DNA from: Lama glama
Lineage: Eukaryota
Direction: 5' to 3'
Assembly: GCA_028534125.1 (NCBI GenBank)
Contig: CM052816.1
Coordinates: 72,604,001-72,668,000 of the forward strand
Length of the DNA: 64,000 bases
This document shows positions 27,221-41,342 of the stretch, in pieces (position 1 is the stretch's first letter; each line of letters begins with the position of its first letter). The translations under genes were made by a program, and so were the position numbers. The notes under the pieces are model-generated. The model made no database searches. It was not told where the DNA came from and saw nothing but the letters and a program-made list of their open reading frames with translations.

Positions 27221-29599
27221 AAATCAAAAATTGTAGAAAACTTTTCTTAACTAAACTTTGTGGTCCAAGCAATGTAAGATTTGAATGTTTACCTCTTAAA
27301 ACATGATCACAAAAAGTATCTTAATGAGTAATTTATGAGAAGAAAAATCACTGATACAAATACCCAGTCAATTAAGAATACAGCGGACAATGCTACTATT
27401 TTCAATGTCTTGTAGTTTTAACCTAGTTACCCTAGAGAATGGCAGAAGGATGAACAGATGGTGTTCTATCAGATAAAATGGGAGGCTAGGCGGTCATACA
27501 CGAGGACACTCCGTAACGCTGATGTCCTGTGGTTCCTGGCAGCGGTCACAGGCACCCAGCTCTGTGTAACTTGATGGTGCTTTAAAGATGCCATGATACA
27601 ATTCAGGAACAGCGGCTCACTGCCATCAGTACTGTAAATGCAATTTGATATGCACTTACAGACATTTGGTAATCAAACACATTCAGGCTAGAGTTGTGAG
27701 TTGGCAAGATCTTTCTTATAAATAAATGACCTTGATAATAAATGAACCATAAGCTCATTTAATGAAGAATGTTTTCTTGATTATTTGATACCCCCATATA
27801 ATATCACATATATCATGCATATTTAATGCCTGTTACTAATACTGCTAAAAAGAGAAAAAACAGTAGTAATATATGCAGAATTTAATATGGATTTATTATT
27901 TCATCACCTCCATGATTGAAACCAAAATCACAAAGAAACTTGAATGGCTCCAAACTGGTAAATCTCTACCTTAGTTTTATAAATGCCACCAGGATGTGTT
28001 CATAAGTAGAAATACAACAAATAATCAGAAGTTGCTCTGTGAGCATTTGGAATGAGAGTGCAGAGGAAGATGTAGGTTCACCCACACGCCTTTAAGTTCT
28101 GAGTGTTTTAGTACCAAGCTGGCTAATGCTAAATCCAGCAGATTTAGGGAAGTAATGTGTGAAGTCTGGAAGCTGCCACTGTTCTGAATGAATCATTCCC
28201 AAGGAAAGTGCCTGCCTTCTATAGGAAGGTGCTTTCATCTTCAGTGATACACTTTTTTTTCCCCCTGGTCTGAATAAGTTCAACTGAAAAACCACAAGAA
28301 GTGCCAAAGCCAGATAAATTAGAGAAATGTTGTGAATGAAATAAAGAAACTTCAAAGTTTAGCTCTTATGTTACTATCCTTGTTAAAGTTGAGTAGTCGC
28401 TAGTATAGAAGGAAAGAGCTGATTTGGCCGACTGACTTACAAACGGCATTGTGTGAAGAAGTGAGGGGGCAAGTTGTTTTCACAAGGGAATGATAAGATC
28501 AATGGCTTTAGGATGCAAAATTAGCTTCTGGCACAGTAGTGAAACTTTAGATATATTGCCAGGTGAGGTGGAAATCTGGGGCAATTATTTAGATAAATCA
28601 GGCCAGCAAAATCTTTTCTCTGTAATTTCCAGAAAACTCAGGTGACTCTCTCCCACTCTTGTATTTTGACTTAAAAAAATAATTCCTTTATTTAGCATTG
28701 TTGTTGTTAGTTATTGCTATATTTCAAGTGAAGTCAGTGACCCAGGGCACAGTGCTATTTTGTGACGTATCGCAGGGAGAACCTGTTCTCTGTGATCCTC
28801 CTGAAAGAGACATATGGTGAGGAAATCCTCAGAAATTAAATGGAATATTATTAACAGTTTTTGACAATCACAAGCCAAGAGGGTAGATTAAGAGCTTAGT
28901 AAGTAGGAGATTATTCGGTTAGCAAAGGTGAAGAGTTCTAGGAACATAGAATGCTACAGCTGCTGATCCCAGTTATTTTACCAAAGGCGGATGATCCTTG
29001 AAATTATTAGATATTGAGGGAACAGTAATTGAACAGGGAACTATTACTCTGTAATGGTTATTCTATTTGTAGGATTGAATGTCACAGAAAGTAAAGATTC
29101 TTCATGGCAGTGTAAAAAAAGTATGGTAAACGCATGATACTCGTATAATAACCATGGCTTTGGAACACATATCTGTAATATTTTATTTTTCATTCCTCAT
29201 GAACTATCCCCTCAACCTTCCTTGGGTAGAGTTTAGACCTGTCACAATTAACTAAACCTGTCTTGAGGCAAGAAAGAATCCTGTAGTTCTGATCTTCGTA
29301 TGTGTCTGTAGCAATTTCAGATGAATAATGTGCCCAGAACATTGCAGTGCTCCTCTAGCAATCAATATTAGATTTTTACATTGGCTTAGGGGCAGATTTA
29401 TGTACAAATTATGTTTGTACATTAATAAACATTAATAAGAAAATTTATTCTACGGGTATCTAATACAGACTGCAGTTTCTGTCTTTGATTGATTTTAGCA
29501 TTCTAATTGGTTTGGATTAGAATTAACTGTTGCTATAAATTGTTTACATATAATCATACAATACATATTATAACTACTTTCATTTTTCAGAAAACATAC

Positions 29600-30180
29600 A
29601 GAATTCTAAGACTTGCTGTGAGGCAACACCAGTGTTTCCCTAAACCTGCCCTCTACTAGACCTTCGGGAGGCTCCCTATTGCCCATCACATCAAATCTGT
29701 GTTTCTCTGCTGTGCCTTCAAGGCTCTCCAGCAAACCATTCCCCCGTCTCGCCATTGTCACTTCATATTTGCGCCCAACAGCTCTTTTCTGTGTTTTAGT
29801 TTCATAATGCTTCTTGTAGAGAATGATTTCTTTCTGCTTGTATAATTTTGCATGTGCCATGCCTCAGATTTGGAAAGCCTTCTTTTTTTCCCTAGCATTC
29901 AGTTAAAATTCAGCTAAAATTTTCTCCAGAAAAAATCCTACATTGATGAACTGCACTATAAGGGGCAGTAGTTACACTTTGACCAATTCTGCTGGCTCTG
30001 TCTGCATTTGTTCATGCTCACAGCTTGGTGAATACTCGTATATACATTCCTTTTCTTTTCCTGGGCATAAATGTCTATAGGGAAGAGTCAGTGTCAACTT
30101 TTGCCCTTGAATCTCCTTGTACACTAGGACAGAGTTCTAAATACAATAGGTTATCTGAACATACCTGTCTGCTGAGTGCA
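29600..30180 (+). mobile_element. L2 relic
   Basis: ggctccctattgccc...ccttcaaggctctcc...ctatagggaagagtcagtgtc...gttctaaatacaatagg. Confidence 0.55.
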
Positions 30181-30239
30181 TGGCAATCCTCCACGTTCTA
30201 AATCCATTATATAATTACAAAGAAAGAGTCTTTCTTCAC

Positions 30240-30720
30240 TCCCAAGCATTTACTGAGTAGCTTCTCTTTGCAGATGCTACACATGAGAATACAAAGCAGA
30301 TCCCAACTTTGTAGGAAAAACAGACATATGAGCAAATAATCCCAGATGGTGTGGTAAATGGTGGCATAAAAGAGGAAGTGTACAATGCAGCTTTTTTGCA
30401 CGTGAAGAAAGCTTCAGAAATTCTTGAACTGAGTTTTGAAGCTGGAGTCTGGATGACCAAACTGGACACAGTGGGGCAGTGGAGTGCATTCATAAAGAAT
30501 GAAGCACACACAGCCTAGCATGGTTCTGCACCTCCAGAACCTCACACGCAGTGGCGGTGAGTTTGGAGGGGTAGACCAGAGTTCCTGTTAATGGTGGACT
30601 TTCTCAGTAAGGTGACACTGAGGCATTTTAGGCAGAGGATTTGCATTTTAGAATGCTGCAGAGTCAAGAGGATTGGAGACAACTGGGGCTAGAGCTAATA
30701 ATACCAGTTAGGAGAGGAAT
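30240..30720 (-). mobile_element. L2 relic
   Basis: caagcatttactgagtagc...cttgaactgagttttgaag...ttttaggcagagg. Confidence 0.6.
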
Positions 30721-32029
30721 TTATCGCTCATTTGAATTTTTTATGTATAGCTAGCATCAAGCAGGATTCTTTTTAGATATCTAAAGGGAGGTTTATCTTT
30801 ACCAAGTGAGTATTCTTCTCCTTGAAATATTTGTATCAAATAATAAAATATGATAAGCCCTTACATGAAGTCTTTTTGTAGTGTTTTACAATTTAAACAT
30901 TATATTTGATATAATTAATAATTGTTAATATATTGTATGAACAATATGTTGATATAATATTATATCATTGATACAATTATATTTGAGATTTGCATTTCAC
31001 ACCACCAGAAACATGGTGTAAAATGGATCCTATGCTAGAGATTAGTATATATGGGTGTTTATTCAAGTTGTGCCTTTTAATTTCTATTTAATCTAGGGAG
31101 AAGCACTTAAGGTGACTTATTTATGTCTACATAAATAATAGAACAGTTTCGAGGTTCCAATGAAGTGAGATACATGGAAATTTTTTGAAATATTTAAATT
31201 GATATATGCCTATAATATTTATAATTGTAGGAGTCATGATGTTGTGTTTCTCAGATTGGCACACTGACTAACAATAGCATTATTGCATGCGTATGTGTAA
31301 GTTGCCCAATATATTCTGCAGGCAAATATTGATTCTGCTAAAGACCACTAGGTGTCCTCTATTGGTTGTGTTACTTCAGGGTTCTATATTCTGAAATACC
31401 GAAACTGTCTTCTTGGAAATTATTCATTTATGCTCTCTTAGAATCACCTAATTGCTTGGCTATCTATGTCTAGATGAAACAGACAATGAAGGTATTCATA
31501 TATGTAAAGATTTTTTCTCTTTATCTATGCTCAGGCTAAAGAAAGAGTTTGTTAAGTTCATTCTCTAAAAACAGAACTTTCATTCTGAGAGAATTGTTTT
31601 CAATATCATATTGTGTATTTCTTAAGATGATATTCTAACAGAAACCCTGATGTGCTAAGGTACCGAGTGATGAGTTTTATTTGGATAGGAAGTATTATTA
31701 AGACAATTAATAAGAGATTAACAAACTATGTGTGGGTGTATGTATGTGTGGGTGAATGTATGTGTGTGTCAGTGGCAAGACAGATAATTCTATAAATGCT
31801 TTTTGGCTAATGTACTGCTGCAGATCTATGTGATCCTGATGCTTTTAACATAGAAATATCTGTTTAATGCTAAAACATTAGATGAAATTTGAAACGTTCA
31901 GGCCCTATTTAATGTTAAAACATTAGAATTTCTTAATGCCCCAGTCATTGCCTAGTCTGTTCCTGTTTTACATGTGTTTATATGCTTCCAAGACTACAGG
32001 TTGATAATAACCAGACTTGCATCCAAAGG

Positions 32030-32945
32030 TTCCAAGTTATGTACCCCGTGCCTCAAAATCTACATGACAGTGTGACATCTCTATAAAGATATCACTTGAG
32101 CTCTTCAAGCTTAGTAGGTTCATTTCCCCTTCGTATCTCCTCCTTCTCTCTTCTTTCCTGTTGCTCAAATCAGAAATCTGAGAGATTTCCTGGACTTCTT
32201 CTCTTTCTACATAGCTAATAATGACCACGTTCTCCTGCTTCTCCTTTGTAGAATGTGCTTTGCATTCTAGTACTTCAATCTTCTCTGTCACCATCCTAGT
32301 CCAAGGATTTGGACATCAATCATTTCTCATTTGCATTTTTATAGTAAACTCATGACTAGGCTTAAAAATTCCCCTTTGCTTGTCTTCCTAGGACTTCAAA
32401 AGTGATTATTTTTGAAGAGCAAATATTACCGTATCATTTACCTGCTGAAAATATTTCTATGACTTTTCATTATCATTAGGACAAATTCCAAAATTCAAGG
32501 TCCTTTGAAATCTGAGTTTTTCCCAGGTCAGCCTGGAAAACTGCTTGCTCATTATTTTTTAACTATTCTGAACCTCTTTATGTTTGTCATACATGCTGTT
32601 CTAAGGCCTTTACATATGTTATTCATTTTTTCAAGAACTTTATTCGTTTAGCCAACCCCAGTTTATCAATCACATTTTTTTCCTTTGACTTTAACTTAAG
32701 TTACCTCGAGGTGGAATTAAGTAATCTCTCAGGTAATCTTCGTTCCATCTGTAATATACTGGCATAGCCCCTAATGCTTTTGCTTAGTAAAATGCGTAAC
32801 TTTTGTAATTTATCTTAAACAATGCCTGCCTTCCCAGCCACATATTAAACTCCAGGAGGGCAGAAACCATAGATTTTCTGTGTCTTCAGCTGCTAGCATA
32901 GTGTCTGGGAAAATAATGGGGCACAAGAATACTTGTTAAATGAGT
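32030..32945 (+). mobile_element. L2 relic running to the 3' end
   Basis: gttgctcaaatcagaaatctgagag...ctctgtcaccatcctagtccaagg...aaactccaggagggcagaaacc...acttgttaaatga. Confidence 0.75.
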
Positions 32946-35900
32946 TAAATTATGCCTTCAAGGGAATTCCAGTTTAGCAAACATGTGAACAAACAAACAT
33001 GTAAGAAAAAACAGTAGAATGTCTTGAATCCAATATTAGAAGCATTTATAGTAGGGACCAAAAAAACAAAAGAGAGAGAAATGAACTAGGTGAGTGCGGT
33101 AGAGGGTAAAGAGAGGTTCTAAACAAGGCATCCTAAACACGGCCACTTTGAAAACCAAGCTTGAAAGTGTATGTCCTTCCAAATGGATAGGCCTGGAAAA
33201 TAGTTCAAGGGAATTTAGAAATCATGGTTGAAATCAATCTAGTTCCTCCTTTGTAGGTGGAGATGATAATAATTTTCTGTCCAGTCTCATAGAATGGTTT
33301 TGAGACTCCAATGAGAAACTATTGTTGAACATACTTTAAAACTATAAAGTTTATAGAAATGTACATTTTTGTTATCACAAAAGTCTCTACTTGTTTAAAA
33401 TATGTAAAATCTCAACAGAGAGTAAAACTCTTGGTCCTTCAGTGTGCTTACTCCCATTCTAAATATTGGAAGCAGTAGAAATGCTATTAAGCATTATTCC
33501 TGTTCAAAATATACCAAGTAGAGATTTGAAGCAGTAAATAAATCAGGGTAGTTTAGGACAAAGTACATTTAGCCTTACATTTTTCCAGAGCTTCTGGATA
33601 GATGTCTCGGTTTTCCCTTTCATTGCACATGGCCACTGCTGCTTTAAGCTCATCTATGTGCTCTTAGAGTGAAAACTGGGAAATTGGGAATGCCGTTGGT
33701 TCCTGAGTATTGGACACAAAATTTGTGATGTAATTCTGCTTTAAACTTGAATTGTAGTTCAAATACCAGAGTGTTTCATAATAAACACTTTGTTACGTGT
33801 TACTTTAGTTATCTGGGTAGTTGTCTCAACTGAACGGGTTTCTTTGTTTGGTCCTGTATACTGTGGGGCGCCTGTCTACAAATGGGTGGTGTGCAGAGTC
33901 ATGTCATAAACTGGAAAATAATACAGTGGCACCCAAGGATACTTTTTGTTACAAACAATGAAGTTAAATTAAACTTATCTCTGAAGGAAATGTTGAATAT
34001 TCTCATCTAATCATAAAGGGAAAATATGTGCTTTTTTATTGTCAGGTTTTAACAAATCAGGCTTTCAGTTTAGTCAGATACAATGTCAAAAGTGTTTTTA
34101 TTAACTTGAAATATTTTAGAAAATAATTATGCTTTCATTATGTCAAAAGTAGTAGTTGATTCACATTTTATTGAGCAAAGCACAGTCATTTAAATATATC
34201 AGAAATTGTCACAGAAAGTCAGTTTTAAAAGACATTATAACTGTGTTATGAAAACTCGAGAATAATTAGAACCCTTGAATTGCACTGGGTAATGGCTGAG
34301 AAAGACCTACTTCAACTTCTCTTTCTGTCTTGCTGATGTGTGCACTTTAGATTTTGTATTAGAGAAGTCATGTCTTAGTGTGAAAGGGAAATACATTTGG
34401 TTGGTTATGTAATTTTGGTGGCTATTTTGAGTGGAGTCTGCCATTTAGGCCATTTTTTTTTAAAAGATAGTCAAAAATCTTTTTCTTATTACATTTTAAA
34501 GTGAAAGTAGACATGAGTAAGTATTCTGGAAACTAGTCCCAGGATTTCATATAATTTAAAGCAGTTGTGAAGTAAGAAAGTAGTAGCTACTTTGAGAGAA
34601 TTATTGTCAGGAGTGGTGGAATCAGAAAGGGTTTGTCATTAAGGTTGGTCATCAGTGGGAATATTTGCAATAAAATGCTGATTATTTCAATGTGCTGCTT
34701 TTTTATTGTTACTGATGTGGAGCTATGAGTTGAGTGAACATATAAAATGAAGGAAATTCAGCTGAATTGAAATGAAAGTCAGGAGTTCCTTGCACAAGTC
34801 ATTTCTAGATGCTTTTCTCTCATTTTAAAATGTGAATAACGGCTTCTTGGCTTGTATGGTTGTTTAATAATCAAAAAGAAAATCCATACAAAAGTGCTTG
34901 TAAACTTTAAAATTGAATGTCTAAAGAGCAGATTATGTAAGATGTAGCTAGCCAAATTATTTCACTATTTTCTTAACAAAAATCTCTGAAAAAAATGAAA
35001 TTCCTATCTTTTTCAATATTCGACATGATAGTAGAGAGTAATGGTAAAATTTAGATTGTGGTAGTTTTTGCTTTGACATTTAGAATCCAAGAGTTATAAC
35101 TCTCCAATAGCATATAGCAGAAATGTTTGGGGAATCAGCCAGCTTTGTGGAAGTTAGCGTTTTAGTATGGGAAGCAGTTCTCTATTGTGTGGAAATATTA
35201 ATTTCCATGATACTGCAGAGAAGGATAGATGTCCAGAACAATTTCTTCCAGCTGACTGGCATTGAATCACAAGCATTCAAGTTCACAGGTTTTAATAATA
35301 CTGTACAATTAAAACTGCTTCTCCATTTTATTTAATCTAATATTCAGAGAAATGCAGATAATCCTTAAGCTGGTAAAGGATTACCTCCCCTTTTCCCTGG
35401 CACATGTTTGTTGTAGAAGCAAAATAATTTTGTGATGACAAAATAATTACAAAAAATGCTAATAAATTTGTTAGGAAAGATTTATTGAAGAACTTCTCAA
35501 TTTATGATATTTTAAGCTCACATGATTATTTATTTTAGAATAATATTAGAACATGTATGAATTCCCAGAGTAGTATATGTATTTGCTGTTCTGAACACAC
35601 AAAGCCAAATTATGAGTCATGGACTCCAGAAGTTCTAAAGGACTAGTTTTCTGTTTTCAAATATTCCCCGGTAATTATGACACTAATTTCACCATTGGGG
35701 AATGATTCCCTTATGTTTCTTCAATAATGTCTTATAGAACTTTGAATATACTTTAAACGTTTTAGTTAACATTTTAGCAGGCTATTGGTTGGAAGGTAGT
35801 GAGAGTAATTCTCAAGTAGTTGAGAGTAACTCTTATACAAAAAGTATAAGTATATAAATATGGGTGTCACAACGTACATTTGTGTGAGAGGATTCCACCA

Positions 35901-37989
35901 CGATGTGAGAAGTGTAGTTGAACTGCAGAGGAGACAAGAAAATGCCAGCAGGTGATTAAAAAAAAAAAAGAAATTCACAGTTTTGCTGAAATCTCTTCCT
36001 ATTGCCAAATTACCAATATTTGCCTAATGTCAAAGATAAATGTTTTAATATTTCTAAGTGTTATTGCTGGGAATGTTACCAACTAAGTCATCCTTCCCCC
36101 TTTTCATTTAGTTGAATTGTTATTTCAGATGTTCCAAAAATCTCTCATGTCTTGAAATTAGAAGATGACTCTTTGGTTTCAGATGGAAAAAATTCTAGTT
36201 AGTACATGTTCTGGAAAAATGCTACTATTTTTGAAAGAATTCAGGTTAGTAACACATTTCTTAAATGCATGATTCTGTACATCCAGAAAAAGCATCGTAT
36301 GTGTAATCACATACTCATCCTCATTTGCAAACTTCGTATCTTTATATTGTTATCAATGTAGTATTTAATATATATTAGTTGGCCACCCACCAGATACTGA
36401 GCACTGTACTGCATATAGAAATACAAAGATGTATACTTAACAACTACTGCTAAGAGGGATTTTGTGATCTAATGAAGGAGTTAGAAAAGGAAATCAACAA
36501 TCGTATGAGAGACGTGTGAATTCCTATCTATTGGAAATTGTTGAATGGAAGATTTGAAGAATGATTCTAAGTAGACATCTCAGTGTAGGCAGAAAGAGCT
36601 CCACAGTCAATTCCCTAAGTCTGCTAAAGGAGCGGGAGTGAGGAGTGGTGGTGGCTAGGCCAGATAGATATTCTTTAATTAATCACTTGAAACAGAAAGA
36701 GTTCTAAAATATCACACTTTACTAAAATGTGAAATTTGCTGAGTTTTACAAACAGAAAATGTTTTATTTAAAATAGTATCAATACTCTGTTGAGATTGCA
36801 AAATGTCTTCCTCATCCTGGACTATGAACATTTTCATTTTGTTCAAATCGTACAAATTTATGAAAGGTTTCTAAATGTTGAAAGTTTTTTAGAAAGCAGA
36901 AAGAACATTATATTTAACTTTCGTGCACAGTATTACCAACTCTGTGATTAGCGAGAGAATTTAGCAAAAGAGAACCTAGTCTCTTGCTTGTTCACTCTCT
37001 TGATCTCTTTTCTATAGCATGGGTGCCCTTGCATGAAACCCCTAACCAGAAAATTTGTCTTCGCAATTACTAGAAGAACAATCCCTAACATATTGAGGGA
37101 CTGAGCTTGCATTCAGGGGCCTGGGTGCCCAACAGCAAATCATTTATTCTGTAGTTATGGAAACACAGCTCATTCAAAATGCTTGAATTTCCTCTACATT
37201 TTACCCGTATGTATATTATTTGTTTGCCCTGTGACCTCCCAGCCTCTTCCTACATTGAGTCACTTGTAACCCAGGCAACTGGTGCAGGTATTGCTGCAGC
37301 TTCCTTTCCTGATGAACCCGTAAGTTGATACTCGCCTGCAAAAGGAATGCATTCTTTCCACCAAATCTATTCTCAAAAACAACTATTTATTGATGTTTTC
37401 ATTGTTGTTGTTGTTGAGAGAAGCAGCAGGCAGTGAAATCAGAATCTCAGTTTGGATACCTGTCCTTTGAAGAAGTGAGAAGTCAGATGACTGTAGCTCT
37501 AACAATAGCCCTCAGGAAGTCGACTCCTTTCCCTGCTTCCTGAGAAAGCAAGGTCCTGCCAATACTACGAGTTCTTTTTATCATCTTTACTTTTATGGAA
37601 GCAGAATTTTTTCCCTTTCCTCCTCTTCTGTCATATTTCCCATAAGAAGATTTGCTAACAAAGAGTGTAAGCAAAGTATCTATTAGCCATATTTTTATAA
37701 CTGGGAAAAAAGAAATAATATTCTTTTATTAGAAGACACGTACACACACTGTGGAGCCTTAGCCTAGGGCCAGCACCTCCTACTTCAGGACTCAGGGTGT
37801 ATATTTTATATCATATCTTCAACTGAAGGATGGAGTATTGAGGGTGAGTAAACCAAAGTGATCCACCCCTTGGTTGGAGAGCCACTGATTTTGTCTATTC
37901 ATTAGTTGTTATGTCATTTCATTTCTGCCTTCCAAAACAGAAAAAAGTGGTCCTGCTCCTTGTCACCTCATACTTGGATGTAGACTAAC

Positions 37990-38225
37990 TGAGCAGCTTC
38001 CATCTGGACCACGGCCAGTCATTTTCACAAGGAGATAGGAAGGCCTGTAGGGTTTTCATGGGCAATGAAATGATCTGACTCAAAGTGATACATTACTTTT
38101 TTTATAACTCTTTGGCCAGAATTTGTCACATGACCTCACCCAGCCAACAAGAAGTCAAGAAGAGCAGTCCCACTGTGTACCTGGCAGGCAAAGAGCTGGA
38201 GCTGTTTGCTTAATAGCACTACTTC
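37990..38225 (-). mobile_element. MaLR (MLT1-type) LTR fragment
   Basis: ctttggccagaatttgtcacatgacctcacccagcc...cagtcccactgtgtacctgg resembles antisense MLT1J/K-type LTR sequence. Confidence 0.65.
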
Positions 38226-39374
38226 AGGAGCTGGAATAGCTGAGACAGGGAGAAAGGGCGTGTCTTGAATGGATCCCTGAGTTTCCCTGTGGCTCACTTG
38301 CATAATAAACTTGGGTCTATTCAAAATAAAATCACGGGATCTGCTTGATCATCCTATTGTCTTCCTCTCATGAGTATTTTTGGTCTTAGACAAAGAACCT
38401 TCTAGCTAGTGAATAATGTCATGATGGAGAAAATGTGTTATACTTTTCTGTGATACAGTCATTGCATCAGCTATTCATTAAATTATTAATCCTTTTGTGT
38501 TTTATTAAATAAATTTATAATGGACTCATACTATATGCTATACATGTAGATTATACCAGTACACAAAAGTTGTTTTCCTTCTTAAATAGCTGATAGTCTA
38601 CTCCGTGGTCCAAAATCTTAACAAATAGGTCTTGCTCCTTCTCTGCTTCACTGTGTTGGGTGTGAATATGACTGAAAACAGCATCAAAATGGTTTGGAAA
38701 TGAGGCAGATAAGATCCGAGGTAGGGCCTCTGATATAATTTAAACAAGAGATGAAGTGTTGGGATGCTGATAGTGGGATGCTTCTGTTTCTCCTGTGCTC
38801 ACAGAGTGATGAGGAAGTTGATGGACATTACATTAAGCATCAGAGGAAACTCCCTCAGAGAAGCTTCTTGAGTATATTTATTATAAGCAATCTTTATTTT
38901 ACTTAGTTTTTGAAGTGAACTCAACCTTAATAGGAATTTGAATCAGTCTTTTAATGGCAGTACCAATTTCCAAGCTTAAAAACATCAGATTTAGTGAGTT
39001 TAGTAATTTATTAAATGTAGGTGAATATTTGCATAATTTAAGCTATTATCCTCCACACTAAAAAAGAATTACAATGCTTAATTTTTAGACCTTTGCCCAA
39101 TCAAATAGAGAACAATAAATGTTATGAATATATGATATAATCAGAATAATTCTTTTAAAAGGAAAATTTATTATACTTGTAATATTGAGAACTCTTGAAA
39201 TGCAAGTGTTAAACAATCAGATCTTAAGTGTGGCTCATAATATATCCATTTTCCTTAGAATGTATTACTTTTGTTTGGACTTCATTTTTCAAATAATTCC
39301 GACTTGAAAAGTACTTAAAATCTAATATAATTAATTACTAGACTGTTTGAAGGTATTACTACTATTATCATATC

Positions 39375-41342
39375 TTTAATCAATTTTGAATTCTATGTCT
39401 TGTTTGTTATGGCCCAGAGTAGGTCTATCTTAGTGGGTGTTCTATATGTCCTTTTTAAAAAAAAAGTATTTTCTGCTGTCATTGGTTTAAGTGTTCTACA
39501 GTTGTCAATTAGGGCAATTAACAGTGCTACTCAAATAGTTTATATCCTTACTGATTTTATGTTCTGGCAACTCTTGAGAGAGGGACATTAAAATATGCAA
39601 CTATAATTTGGGGACTTATCCATTCCTCTTTGCAGTTCTAACAGTTTTTACTACATGTACTTTGAAGCTATCTTATTAGGTTCATACATAGTTAGGATTG
39701 TTATGTTCTCTTGATGAATTGCTATTCTCTTTAGCACCATAAAATGACCCTTTTTATTTCTGATATATACTTTGATATTAATACAGCCACTCCATCTTTA
39801 ATTAATATATATATGGTATGTCTTTTTCCATGTTTTATTTTTAATCTGTTCTTATTTTAAAGTGGGTCTTTTGTAGATAGCATGTAGTTGAATCTTGCTT
39901 TTGTTTCTTTATCACATCTGACAATCTCTATCATTTAATTTAAACCATTTACATGCAATGTAAATGCTGTAGTTGTTTATCATCTTGTTATTTATTATTT
40001 ACCTCATATGTATTTTGTTATTTTTCCCTATTTTCTTCCTCATTTTATATTAATTAAATTTTTTATAACTGTTTATCTCCACTGTTGAATTAGTAACTAT
40101 GCTTCACTTTTTCCAGTGCTTGCTGTAAGATTTACAATATGCATCTTTAGCTTATCACAGTCTACATTCAGATAATATTATACCATTTCACACAGAGTAT
40201 AAGAAATTTACAATATGTCCCCATTGTCCCCTTGCTGGCCTTTATGCTGTTGTTAACAGACAATTTACGTCTGTTTTAAATGCCATAATATATTGTAATA
40301 ATTTTTCTCCAGACAATTGCCTTTAAAGTATTTTTTTAAGTGAGTTAAAAAATGTCTTTTATACTTTTTGTTACCATTGCTTTTCATTCTTTGTGTAGGT
40401 CCAAATTTCTATATGGTATCATTTTCCTTCTCTGTGAAGAACTTCCTTTAATGTTTTTTGTAGTGCTGGTCCGCTGTTGATGACCTCTCTTGGCTTTTGT
40501 ATGTCTGACAGTTGGTATTTGTCTTGATTTTTGAAAAGTATTTTTGCTGCATAAAGGTTTCTAATAGGACTTTTTTCTTTTAGTACTATAAAGATATCAC
40601 TTGATTTTTTTTTTTCTGCATGCATTATTTCTGATGAGAAGTCTGATGATACTCTTTTCTTCATTCCACTCTATGCAATATGACATTTTTCCTCTGGCTG
40701 CTTATAAGATTTCTCTTTAACATCACTTTTCAACAATCTGGTTTTTAAGTGCCTTAGTATGGTTTTCTTCAAGTTTCTTCTACTTGGTATTTGTTGAATG
40801 CCTTTGATCTGTGGGCTTATGGTTCTCATCCAATTTGTAAAAATGCTGGCCATTATTTCTTCATGTATTTTCTATTTTGCCTGCTCTTTTTTGATAATTC
40901 TTTCCCTAGCCTTAGTAGTGACTTCACATGCATGTACTGTACCCAGAGACCCATTGAAGGGGTCCCTCTGCCGATCTTGGTTCTCTCACTCAGTGCAGCT
41001 CCCTCCCTCAGCTCTGGTAATTTGACTCGCAATTTCCAGCCGCCATGACCTTCCTATCTTTCCATGTTGCCTGTCAACTCTACAAGCCCACTAAACTCTC
41101 TGTGGACTTCTTTTTTCTGCAGTGTCCCATGGAAACTCACTCTAGACAGGGAGCTGGTGCAAGATTACTAAGCACCTTATTTGCGTCCCTTCTTCCAGGG
41201 GTTTTTCTTCTGCATCACCTGTGATCCAGTATCTGAAAAGTTTTCTAGTTGGTCAGTTTGTCAGGTTTGTCAGGTCTTCTAGTTGGTTAAAGCAGGAAGG
41301 GAAACCTGGTCCCTGTTATTCCATTATGGCCAGAAGCAGGAT
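39375..41342 (-). mobile_element. Old L1M LINE-1: 5' UTR, partial ORF1 and the ORF2 endonuclease region, decayed
   Basis: Minus ORFs 40671-40853 (QIKGIQQIPSRRNLKKTILRHL...) and 40419-40664 (SSDFSSEIMHA...PALQKTLKEVL) are ORF1p-like. 39400-39900 is ORF2 EN-like. ccctgttattccattatggccagaagc at about 41310-41340 resembles an L1M 5' end. Confidence 0.85.

Noticed and set aside
31345..31357. CTCF-like CCACTAGGTGTCC
   Set aside because: Mismatch in the GGC core; insufficient on its own.
31860..31927. CRISPR-like repeat-spacer-repeat
   Set aside because: Only two AT-rich units in a mammalian intron, with no cas genes.
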